Below are positions 1-11,420 of a DNA stretch of 64,000 nt, in pieces. Under the pieces are notes generated by a model. The model had not been told where the DNA came from and searched no databases. It saw only the letters and a list, made by a program, of their open reading frames with translations. Made by a program: the position numbers and the translations under genes. Each line of letters starts with the position of its first letter. Position 1 is the first letter of the stretch. Source of the DNA: Basidiobolus meristosporus CBS 931.73 (taxonomy: Eukaryota > Fungi > Basidiobolomycota); assembly GCA_002104905.1 (NCBI GenBank), contig MCFE01000014.1, forward strand, positions 1 through 64,000, read 5' to 3'.

Positions 1-789
1 TCTGGTATCAAAGCTAGAGCTGTAGTGCTGGATTCTTTGTTTCAACCAAGAATAAAGATTTCACCTAGTTGGTGACCATCTCCCCCCTTCCCACTGAACA
101 GTGTCTTGAGCACTGAAGTGTGATCATTTCTTCCAATAAACTCACCATCCAACTCCCCTCAGCTACACAATCTTGTATCAAGGATACAACAGTAGCATGG
201 CTTCTTTGTCTCAGCTGAAATAAAGATTTCACCTGTTGATGATTGTCACCCCCCTAGCCCTTGCCAACTCTCATCCAGTAACTGAAGCTAGCCACAAAGT
301 TGCGGAAAGCCAAAGGCCCAAAGATCTGGCCCTTAATCATCTTTGTGCACCTTGGCAGAGTTACCTAAAGGCCATAACCCTTTCTTTGAAAAAGTGATTC
401 CAGGTTTTGCATTAATATTCATCATATTGACAAGCGTAACTTTGATTGTTTACTTAAGAGATTGGAGAACTCTTGGCTGTCTTCTTCATTTTTACATATA
501 GTAATTGAGTACCTACTTAGAAAAACAAGATTTCACCATAATGGTAGCTTTCCCTTCCCCTTGTCATTCCTCCGAATCCTAGTATTGTCATCCCATTTAG
601 TGAAATATCTGTCCCTTTGATTGACATTCCAATATATTTGGCTATGGGGGAAGATTACAGTATAAATACTACTTTTAATTCAGAAGTATGAAATGAAATG
701 ATAATATGAAGTTAACTATGTATATATCTAGGATTATGATCAATAACTTGTCAACGTCAAGATCACATGCAGCTGGCAAGATCTGTTGC

Positions 790-1701
790 TTAGTCGCACT
801 CAACAAGAGCGGCCTTCATGGCAGCAACTGCGTTATCCATCTTCTTCTGCTCAGCATCGTTGAGCTGAATATTGATGGGTGCCTCGACTCCGTTGGCCCC
901 AATGATGGCAGGCATCGATACGTAAGAGTTGTACTTTTCGCTATAGCAGGAGATGGGACGGATATCGCGACGGTCATGGAGAACAGAGTCACATAGGGAA
1001 GCTACACAAGCGCCAATACCGTAATAGGTAGCTCCCTTACGGTCGATGATCTCGTAAGCCTTACGGGATACTTCATATTGAAGTTGTTCGAGGTCAACTC
1101 CTTGCATTTGAGGGTAGTCAACAAGGGGAACTCCGCCAACACGGGCTGAAGACCAGGCAACAAACTGATTATCTCCGTGCTCACCCATCGCATAGCAATG
1201 AATGGCGGGTTCACTGACACCGATGATCTGGGAGAGTTTGAGTCGAAGTCGTCCAGAGTCAAGAAAAGTACCGGAACCAAACACCTGGTTTTTGGGGAGG
1301 CCGGAGATTTTCTGAGCAATGTGAGTAAGGACGTCAACGGGGTTGGCAACAAGCATGATCTTTGCGGTAGGCTTTATGGGAGCCATACCATTGATTACAC
1401 TGCTGAGGATGTTGAAATTTTTGGCAATCAATTGGAGACGGGTCTCGCCAGGGCGTTGATTGGCACCAGCGGTAATTACAATGATATCGGCTTGACCAGC
1501 TTCTTGGTAGGTGCTTACTCTCACCTTGGTGGATGAGAGAAACTGGGAATCCGACAAATCAAGCGCCTGTCCTTCAGCAACCTTTTGGTTGATGTCAACC
1601 ATCAAAAGCTGACAGGAGACATTACGAAGAATGATTGAGGAAGCGCAAGAGGCGCCAACAGCACCACATCCGATGATAGCAATGGTCTTGTTAGCGGGCA
1701 T
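790..1701 (-). CDS. ldh: NAD-dependent L-lactate dehydrogenase, 303 aa, intronless
   Basis: Rossmann GCGAVG motif, TAGANQRPGETRL mobile loop with Gln at the LDH specificity position (Arg in MDH), VANPVD, GTFLDSGR, catalytic GEHGD, KGATYYGIG. Confidence 0.95.
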   Translation of the reverse strand: MPANKTIAIIGCGAVGASCASSIILRNVSCQLLMVDINQKVAEGQALDLSDSQFLSSTKVRVSTYQEAGQADIIVITAGANQRPGETRLQLIAKNFNILSSVINGMAPIKPTAKIMLVANPVDVLTHIAQKISGLPKNQVFGSGTFLDSGRLRLKLSQIIGVSEPAIHCYAMGEHGDNQFVAWSSARVGGVPLVDYPQMQGVDLEQLQYEVSRKAYEIIDRKGATYYGIGACVASLCDSVLHDRRDIRPISCYSEKYNSYVSMPAIIGANGVEAPINIQLNDAEQKKMDNAVAAMKAALVECD

Positions 1702-3659
1702 ATCTTTGTAGAGTAGTTGTGATAACTAAGCGTAGTTGCTGTTTCAAGATGGTTAGGAGTGAGATATATATACTGAAAGATTGCCAACCACCCCTGATTG
1801 ATAGAAGCCAGCTGGTTTAGCAGCCACTTCAAAGGGTACGTACAGCTCCATATGGAACCGTCGATAAGAATTCCATCTACCAAAGCTTAAAGGATACATT
1901 GAAGTGGATTCTAGTGGCAACTGGATGATTTGTCTTATCTTACTTGTTTTGTGCCTTTTCTAAGAATCATTGAAGATTTGATAATCATTATCTCGATAAG
2001 CAAAGTTCTTTTCCGCAAATAACGGTCTACCTTTTACTACCTCACAAGCAGAATAAATTTACTTTTCGCTTTCGAATATCAAGCACTACTACATTGGTGA
2101 AGCATTTTTACATTACCGCAATATGTATGAATGACTACTGAAAGATAAAGACTGATGTTACCATCTGACTCAAGATAAGCACTGATATCATTAATAAACC
2201 AATGATGTGTATTTGACTCAAGGCCTTATCAGCCTCTATTAAGCATGTACCTCTCTTGGAATGAACAAGTATGGATCATCCACTCGGATCATCTTCCAAT
2301 ATCTGGGCAGATTTCGTGCATTAGGCAAGTATGCAGGGACTGCAAAAAATTACCCAACTTAATCCGGGAAAATCCGGTGACTTTGAAACTAAGAACTATT
2401 TCTCACTAATAGACTAACACACAGGCCTTCACAAATTCATTTAACTAGATTTGGTAAATCCAGTGACCTGGGAAGCGAGGTGCTCATGCCCCTATTTGAC
2501 AGTAGTTAAGTGTCTATGCAATGTCACTAATCCTGGCAATCTTCCTGAACGTAGCAGCTGGCTGGTAAACCTGAGTTAAAATCGAAATGAATCCGTCAGT
2601 CTGGAGAAGATACCTCATGAGAAAGCTGCTTACCAAAATAACCATCATCTAGAGTACCGGAACAAGCATCGGTGCACCAAATCACGATACAACACGTGCT
2701 TCGCCATCAGTAGCAAAGGTAGTAGATAATTGCTGGAGCAACTAATAGCTAATGCAGAACAACCGGTTTTAATGTAGCGACGAAGGATAAGCGCTTATTT
2801 AGCGCAACGATAGTGTGAAAGTCTAGCGGTACTAACATTATTGATCAGCTTGAGGATGGACACTATATCGTATCATAGAGGAAGAAACATTGCGAGGTGA
2901 ATTCACAACCATGGGCATCGGCGCACCATTAGAATCGACCAGTTAAATTGATCGAAAAATTCCCAAACTTGGATATATCTCAGTAAACATAGGCCACATA
3001 TAGCTAATCTCGCATTAATGCTCCGATTGCTTCTGAAAAAGCATAATACGGAAATAAGAGAATCACCATGATTGTCTGGTATTCAGAAGTATTTTTTCTT
3101 GCTCTGAGCTTGGTTTTATCCGCAGATATACTATCAATTGGGCATAATCATCATGGCTTGGTATCTGTTGGATATATAGCTCTATGGATCCGTTACCATG
3201 ATTTGTTGTCGGTTGATATGCTCCGAAAGATTGGTCTACAGTTAAATGAATAATTCACAGTATACGTGGCTTCAATGAATTATGACAGATATCTCTTTCA
3301 TTTATCCCATCCCATTCGCCGCGACATACCGCTGCGATACTTGAGGTGGAACGACCGAGTAAGTCGAAATCATGGTTAGTTCACTTGATAAAGTTGTGAC
3401 CGAATCCACTTTGGTATATTGCCATATGCATCAACAGAAGCAATATTGCGCTTGGCGTACATATCTTTACTACGAACTCGTTAGTAATCTCCGCCTATCT
3501 TCAGTCATCGAGATTTTGTGATTAAATTGGAGCAAGCCACTTATTAACTGCACCTGCTGAAGATGAGGACGCCTTCTTTCTAAACAAACCCTCTTTGGTT
3601 TTTATGCCAACCTCGTTTGAGACTATTTGGTAATGTAATAGGCTGTTTTGTGCGCCACC

Positions 3660-3900
3660 ATAGAAACCTAAATTGGTTAGATGAGATGTGTTACCCAGGA
3701 CACAGATTAGAAATACCTACAGATCTTGATTCGAGTTAATCATGCTTCCTCAATCGCTATAACACATTGATTAGGCAACAAAGTATGAGCTTGTTTCATA
3801 TTAAGGCCCAGTTTTTTTCGAGTCTAGTTTGTTTGAATGATGCAAAAATTAGACCGATCCTAAGTCAATGCATACGAACTGATGGATATTCTGTTTGATA
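3660..3900. repeat. Degenerate dispersed repeat X, copy A (3' of lipase copy 1)
   Basis: Shares ctaaattggtt...acagatcttgat...gtcaa-tacgaa-tga-attctg blocks with 6485-6830 and 9545-9895; most diverged copy; ends approximate. Confidence 0.55.
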
Positions 3901-4695
3901 CTCATAGAAGTCGATTCTGGGCTAAAACTTTAGCCCCGTAGTGTATACCGTTCTACTGCTTTGTACCTTTTGATGCTGCGGTAATCATCAATCACGCTAT
4001 ACAACTCACTTGAAGCTTTCACATACCTACTACTCAAATGCTCATATATCCGGCTTGTAGCTGACTTTTTGTATTATAGCCCACTCCTGAATATGTTAAC
4101 GTCCGTCATCAGATTATTGATTTACTTGCTAATGCATCTTGTGGCCTAAGCGTGACTTCGATTAGATATAACCAAACTTGCTATTTTAACTATAAAAGGC
4201 CCTTTTGCTCAGAATCACCTTAAGTGCGGATTAGACAAGATCAACCCCCTTGTCGGTGGAAATATCTTGTGTTAAAATATTGACCCCGGATGCCAACTGA
4301 TGATGTTGGCTTCAAAAAATAAGCCATCGACAGGCCAGTCGCTCATTACGTTTTATATTACATCTGGCTTGGTAATATTAGAATCTGTTTACACATAATG
4401 TGTTATTGGATTGGAAGGTTCGGTGATGAAAAACGTCAAGTCATGAGGGAAACAATGCCACTTAATCATCACTCCCTCAGGAATTTGAAACAATCTCGGA
4501 ATGAACCACATCTATGACCTATCGCAACCAGAAGTTCATCTCAAGTACTAAAAGGAAACTCCCCATGATCATTCCCGAATGGTCAGATCAGCATTTTACC
4601 GGGAATGAGTTTATGCCAAGCCAAATATGGTGATTCATCTAGATCAACACTTTTATTAACTTGGGTATGGAAAAGTATCAGATAAGCAGATACGT

Positions 4696-5743
4696 CTAAA
4701 GGAAATAAAGCAGCTTATCGCATCCTGGGCCAAAATGAATGTCCCAGTATTTGACATGTGCAGCGGGGCTCATGGGGAACTGTCCAGCATTGCAGTGCTT
4801 ATCCTCAATGAATGTTCCATTGACTATATCGTGGCAATCAACAGTGACCTCATCATAGTTGATCCAGATTTCGTGAGGGGTATGGAGATAGCCAAATGCC
4901 TCGGGTGGACTCTAGGGACAATGTCGTTCTGGTTTGTAACCCGGCAGAGCTTCTGGTAGTCCTCCTCGCCGTTGGTGATGGTAGAGTAGGCTAGCTTGGC
5001 AAATGCCTCATCTCCGACTCTGGGTGAGCCATAGTTGTGCAACCGGATTCTACTGACGTCCACCACACTCAGCAGTTCCGGCTCAAACGAGTCCTCGTGC
5101 TCAGGATTGAGGTAGATCTGCTTGATGTCTAGGGCACCGAGTGTAGCCACGGCAGCTCCCAAGGAGTGACCGGTAACAAGAAGCTCGTAATCGGACGACT
5201 TGCTTCCGATGATCGAAAGAGTCTTGGCCAAGCCGGCCTTGACTTGCGCTGAAACACTGGTGGCAGCCTCGTAGAACCCGCGATGCACCCTGGTGTTGGG
5301 GTACTCCTTAGGGTACACAAAGGACTTGGGGATGAAGTCGAAATCCAGGATCCAGTTTTCTAGGTTAGCAGAGCTGATTCAAATTGTTAGATCTGTCATG
5401 TCCAGATAACTGATTAGTTCAGGAAAACCTACCCTCTGTAGCTGACAACGACCTGCTTGTCTTGCTCATTGTATCCGATGTAGCCGGCCATCTCGGTGGT
5501 ACTGTTCTGGAAGTAGGTGGTTACATTGAGGCTACCAGTGCAGCGATGTCCACACGACCAATCCATGATCTTGTCTTCCTTGCAGTAGGCAACAGAGGCA
5601 TATCTGGCCGAGGCCTTCAGCATAGCCAGGGTGTCGCTGTCAATTGCTTTGTACGCATCAGCAGCTGAGTTGGAGCTTGGGTCACTCCAAGGGAAGGCAG
5701 CGGCAGCACCGAGGAACAGAAGGCAGAAGCTTTTGGATAGCAT
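4696..5743 (-). pseudogene. Secreted class-3 (Rhizomucor/Rhizopus-type) triacylglycerol lipase, copy 1, frameshifted
   Basis: Exons 5743-5433 and 5373-4696, 59-nt GT-AG intron; signal peptide MLSKSFCLLFLGAAAA; SYRGSANLENW lid, VHRGF, GHSLG nucleophile, NDIVP Asp; GG at 4907-4908 where copy 3 has GGG shifts the frame before the catalytic His; spliced length 989 nt = 990-1. Confidence 0.9.
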
Positions 5744-6484
5744 TGTGTGAATATGACCAACACGCACAGAACGTTATTTATACTCACCGAAAGCGACCTC
5801 TTGCGGTCCCTCTCAATACTTTACCCGGACTGACAACGGTCAACGAGACTTCCACATTTTACCCGTAGGTTGTATCTGGAAGATAAGCTCCAATTTTGGA
5901 TAAATTGCTGGATGATTTTGAACACAAGCTCAGCTGTCCCTCGTGGCCCAAACGTGGCGCGTATCCCCCCCCCGAGAACCGAGTGGATTAATAACTGTAT
6001 TATTCTCCCCATGGTGGACTGTTTTTGGAATCATGTCTACTGATTCGGAAGAAGATAGACATATCGCTGCCTTAAACCAATGCGTATTGTTACTTTGAAG
6101 CAAGACTTATGCGATTCTATCATTTGTACAGCTCTTGAATATTATATATATCATTTACTTCAGTTCTCTGGCTGGTAGTTTGAAATACAAATGGTCTTAG
6201 GGCTCGAATCTACTTACTGAATTGGTATTTAGCTCTCTCGCTCTCTTGACACCAACATTCGTTAGGTTGGTGTCAATGTTGATATCCATGGTTAGTTGTG
6301 TATTCTTACGGGGTTACGGGGATCCCAAATTTCGGCAAAATGCTCTCTGAAGCGCTCTTAGCCCTGTCGTAGTTTAATCAGGGGCTCACATAAAGCGGCG
6401 AGGTATTTCTACCTAAATATAATTAGAACTAAAACACCTCCCTAGTGACATATATGACAATCAATAATAAACCATGGAAATCCG

Positions 6485-6830
6485 GAATAAATTCGGACAG
6501 ATATAACGCATACGGACGCGTTAATCGAGATAAAGCTGTCCTTAGAGTCAAGGAAAGCTGTATTCGAAATGCTAAATTGGTTGGATTAGAGGTATCGACG
6601 GTGATACCAGGTAGATCGTTTAGATTGGAACCTCTTACAGATCTTGATCCAAGTTAATAAATGCTTCACTATCACTAAAGCTATTTCATAGGGCAATGCA
6701 GGGTGGCGCTGCTACCATAAAAGGCTAGTACGCCTTCCAGTCCTGTATATTCACATGATATTCAACACTGAGAATCTTAGGTCAACAGATACGAAATGAT
6801 AAGCATTCTGATTTCTGCTAAAATTTTTGC
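6485..6830. repeat. Degenerate dispersed repeat X, copy B (3' of lipase copy 2)
   Basis: Clear similarity to 9545-9895 (gtgataccaggtagatc-tttagattggaa-ctcttacagatcttgat; catagggcaatgcag). Confidence 0.7.
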
Positions 6831-7418
6831 CACCTATCGCATTATTTGTTGCTTACCGACAGTTCTTGCATCTGTAAAACAGGCGGTATGAGCATATTGT
6901 CCAGGTACAACGCACTTACGTCAGATAACGGAGAGTTGTATGTTGTTCTATTGATCAGACAGAATACCGTCAGCTATTCATATTTGTTGATTTGTAATTT
7001 ATGAATTGCCCCTCCGTGCTGAGTTGGGGTAGTAAACTAATTCTTTGTTACACCAAGGCAAAGCTTACCTCATTGTGGTTTGTTGACTTGATCGACGGGA
7101 GTTAATTCCGTAAGATTATTTGATCAATCCTTATTTTATTGTGGTATTGATCATGGTGCCAGAGAGTGCTGTATATTTTGCTATTGATTTAATAAATTAG
7201 GGTCATAGCAATATTGGAACCTTAACTCCAGCATCTAGGCTTAAATCACCTTAAAATACTAGCAAAAAATTAACACGAAAACTCCCCATGCTCATTTCCA
7301 AACGGTCAGATCAGCATTTTGCCGGGAATGAGTTTATGCCAAGCCAAATATGGTAATTCATCTAGATCAACACTTTTATTAACTTGGGTATGGAAAAGTA
7401 TCAGATAAGCAGATACGT

Positions 7419-8464
7419 CTAAAGGAAATAAAGCAGCTTATCGCATCCTGGGCCAAAATGAATGTCCCAGTATTTGACATGTGCAGCGGGGCTCATGGGG
7501 AACTGTCCAGCATTGCAGTGCTTATCCTCAATGAATGTTCCATTGACTATATCGTGGCAATCAACAGTGACCTCATCATAGTTGATCCAGATTTCGTGAG
7601 GGGTATGGAGATAGCCGAATGCCTCGGGTGGACTCTAGGGACAATGTCGTTCTGGTTTGTAACCCGGCAGAGCTTCTGGTAGTCCTCCTCGCCGTTGGTG
7701 ATGGTAGAGTAGGCTAGCTTGGCAAACGCCTCATCTCCAACTCTGGGTGAGCCATAGTTGTGCAACCGGATTCTACTGACGTCCACCACACTCAGCAGTT
7801 CCGGCTCAAACGAGTCCTCGTGCTCAGGATTGAGGTAGATCTGCTTGATGTCTAGGGCACCGAGTGTAGCCACGGCAGCTCCCAAGGAGTGACCGGTAAC
7901 AAGAAGCTCGTAATCGGACGACTTGCTTCCGATGATCGAAAGAGTCTTGGCCAAGCCGGCCTTGACTTGCGCTGAAACACTGGTGGCTGCCTCGTAGAAC
8001 CCGCGATGCACCCTGGTGTTGGGGTACTCCTTAGGGTACACAAAGGACTTGGGGATGAAGTCGAAATCCAGGATCCAGTTTTCTAGGTTAGCAGAGCTGA
8101 TTCAAATTGTTAGATCTGTCATGTCCATAACTGATTGGTTCAGGAAAACCTACCCTCTGTAGCTGACAACGACCTGCTTGTCTTGCTCATTGTATCCGAT
8201 GTAGCCGGCCATCTCGGTGGTACTGTTCTGGAAGTAGGTGGTTACATTGAGGCTACCAGTGCAGCGATGTCCACACGACCAATCCATGATCTTGTCTTCC
8301 TTGCAGTAGGCAACAGAGGCATATCTGGCCGAGGCCTTCAGCATAGCCAGGGTGTCGCTGTCAATTGCTTTGTACGCATCAGCAGCTGATTTGGAGCTTG
8401 GGTCACTCCAAGGGAAGGCAGCGGCAGCACCGAGGAACAGAAGGCAGAAGCTTTTGGATAGCAT
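7419..8464 (-). pseudogene. Secreted class-3 lipase, copy 2, same frameshift as copy 1
   Basis: Exons 8464-8154 and 8096-7419, 57-nt intron; near-identical to copy 1 from about 7278 to 8678; GG at 7630-7631 instead of GGG. Confidence 0.9.
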
Positions 8465-9544
8465 TGTGTGAATATGACCAACACGCACACAACGTTATTT
8501 ATACTCACCGAAAGCGACCTCTTGCGGTCCCTCTCAATACTTTACCCGGACTGACAACGGTCAACGAGACTTCCACATTTTACCCGTAGGTTGTATCTGG
8601 AAGATAAGCGCCAATTTTGGATAAATTGCTGGATGATTTTGAACACAAGCTCAGCTGTCCATCGTGGCCCAAACGTGGCTTTGAATAGGTGTACATAGAT
8701 GGGATGTTAGTTGTTGGTAAGATGATACATCCTACTCGGTAAGTACCTATGGTGATATGACTTATGGTCTATATGAACTTCCTAAACTGTACTATCTTCT
8801 CCATGGAGGGCTTACCGATCTCTTTAGAATCAGACGCAGAGAGCAAATTGCTTCCATTCTCTAAAGTGGTATTCTTAGCATGAGTCAATGCTCTCCTGAA
8901 ATTTACATTAGTGAAAACTGACACCAATATAGCTTCCTTAAGGCCTTTTCGGGTCCCTGCAATGTAAGAGTACTTGATTTACATTAACAAATGAGACGCA
9001 CTAGTGTATGGCACTCAAAGTGGGGTCATCAAGATATGGCGATATTATGGCAAGACTAATAGTATGTTCGATGCTTTACCCACCAAGGCTGAATAAGGTC
9101 TTAAGCGAGGAATTAGTCTTATCGCTAACATTATGAATAGCCTTTACAGCTTTCATAATCGACATCCATGACCTACGCAAATACTTTGGATGGATGATTG
9201 GAATGTTAAATCTTGTATGATTTGGTTCATATCATTGAATGAGTAATTGATAGTGATGCCATTCTTTCGCAACTTGCGGACTGAAGCATCAATTACAGCG
9301 GTGTGATCCCTGATATTGACAGTAGCTAGACTGATGATAACATTGTCCAGCTGCTCTTAGTTACATGTTTTTTCCGAAATTCGGAACAGACTCATGAAAG
9401 TTGAATCTTTCACAACACAACCTAGAGCTTACAGTTACGGTCTTTTGGACACAATATAATTGCTACCAAAATACATGTCCATTGGTTTGTATGAAAGCCA
9501 ATAATTTCAACGTAGATTTTCGCACATGCACACGTGAGAATTCC

Positions 9545-9895
9545 AAATGAATTCGGGTAGATACAACACATACGGAGACGTAAATCTTGATGAAGCTGGC
9601 CTAGGAGCCAAGCAATGCTGCTTCTCGAAAAGGCTAAATTGGTCGGATTGGATGTATCGGTGGTGATACCAGGTAGATCATTTAGATTGGAAACTCTTAC
9701 AGATCTTGATTCAGGTTAGTAAATGCTTCCACCATTACCAAAGCCATTTCATAGGGCAATGCAGCATGGCGTTGTTACTATAAAAAATTAGACTGTTTTC
9801 CAATCCTGAAGATTTACATGATAAGTAACACCGAAGAATCTGTGGTCAACAAATACGAAATGACAAATATTCTGATTTCCACTATAGATTTGGAG
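9545..9895. repeat. Degenerate dispersed repeat X, copy C (3' of lipase copy 3)
   Basis: Similarity to copy B; broken reading frames in both, e.g. NSGRYNTYGDVN vs NSDRYNAYGRVN and VIPGRSFRLE-LTDLD. Confidence 0.7.
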
Positions 9896-10369
9896 ACCTG
9901 TTGCATAATCGTGATGCAAAGGACATCAATGAAGTATATTTCGGAAGAAGCTCCCGTTTTCTCACTATACATCAAAGTAGTACAATATACCACATGACAG
10001 AGCTTATCAAAGACCTGAGTGTATTTCGACTGATTATATTCAGATATAACACTTTCTTGTAGTGTCTTCAGTACAATTTGTTTAATCGCTTTCCGTGTCA
10101 ATCAGAGTAGAAAAACGATTTAATGGTAGAACCAAATACTGCGACTGGTTCTTCCAATATCCTAAGAGGTGATTATTGCGATCACATCGATCGTAGCAAA
10201 AATGATACACCAAATAAATCTTGGCAAAATACTAGGAGAAACTGTTTGCATAAGCCGGCTAGAATACAAAACGCAGGACTTCTATAGCGATGAGAAATTT
10301 ATTCTAAACTCAATCAAGTTGGGTGGTATATTTGACATAATAATTTCTTTCAAGAGAATGGAAAAGCCA

Positions 10370-11420
10370 TTAGATTAGCTTATATAGCTCAGAACCACAC
10401 CCTGGCCCAAATTGGACATCCCAGTATTTGATATGAGCAAGAATACTCATGGGGAATTGTCCAGCATTACAGTGCTTATCCTCAACGAATGTTCCGTTGA
10501 CTATATCGTGGCAATCAACAGTGACCTCATCATAGTTGATCCAGATTTCGTGAGGGGTATGGAGATAGCCGAATGCCTCGGGTGGGACTCTAGGGACAAT
10601 GTCGTTCTGGTTTGTAACCCGGCAGAGCTTCTGGTAGTCCTCCTCGCCGTTGGTGATGGTAGAGTAGGCTAGCTTGGCAAATGCCTCATCTCCGACTCTG
10701 GGTGAGCCATAGTTGTGCAACCGGATTCTACTGACGTCCACCACACTCAGCAGTTCCGGCTCAAACGAGTCCTCGTGCTCAGGATTGAGGTATATCTGCT
10801 TGATATCCAGAGCGGCGAGTGTAGCCGCGGCAGCTCCCAAGGAGTGACCGGTAACAAGAAGCTCGTAATCGGACGACTTGCTTCCGATGATCGAAAGAGT
10901 CTTGGCCAAGCCGGCCTTGACTTGCGCTGAAACACTGTTGGCAGCCTCGTAGAACCCACGATGCACCCTGGTGTTGGGGTACTCCTTAGGGTACACAAAG
11001 GACTTGGGGATGAAGTCGAAATCCAGGATCCAGTTTTCTAGGTTAGAAGTGCTGATTCAAATTGTTAGATCTTTCATGTCCGATAACTGATTAGTTCAGG
11101 AAAACCTACCCTCTGTAGCTGACAACAATCTGCTTATCTTGCTCATTGTATCCGATGTAGCCGGCCATCTCGGTGGTACTGTTCTGGAAGTAGGTGGTTA
11201 CATTGAGGCTACCAGCGCAGCGATGTCCACACGACCAATCCATGATCTGATCTTCAGTGCAGTATGCAACAGCAGAATATCTGGCCGAGGCCTTCAGCAT
11301 AGCCAGGGTGTCGCTGTCAATTGCTTTGTACGCATCAGCAGCTGAGTTGGAGCTTGGGTCACTCCAAGGGAAGGCAGCGGCAGCACCGAGGAACAGAAGG
11401 CAGAAGCTTTTGGATAGCAT
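10370..11420 (-). CDS. Secreted class-3 lipase, copy 3, intact, 330 aa
   Basis: Exons 11420-11110 and 11051-10370 (993 nt, open); full Ser (GHSLG), Asp (NDIVP), His (SILAHIKYW) triad. Confidence 0.93.

Noticed and set aside
1-300. TGGTATCAAAGC at 3-14 (like a tRNA-Met PBS), a degenerate direct repeat (aataaagatttcacct) and reverse polypurine runs
   Set aside because: Probably LTR-element debris cut by the window edge; no ORF or paired LTR to support a call
706-1883. Short ORFs overlapping or antisense to ldh
   Set aside because: Shadow frames of a well-supported gene; the same applies to the many antisense ORFs over the lipase, BAG6-like, RPL12, RPN8 and other genes
3000-3560. Protein-like fragments on the minus strand, also at 8760-9360 and 11700-12100
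   Set aside because: Interrupted by stops in all frames and no recognisable family; cannot be supported as pseudogenes by eye
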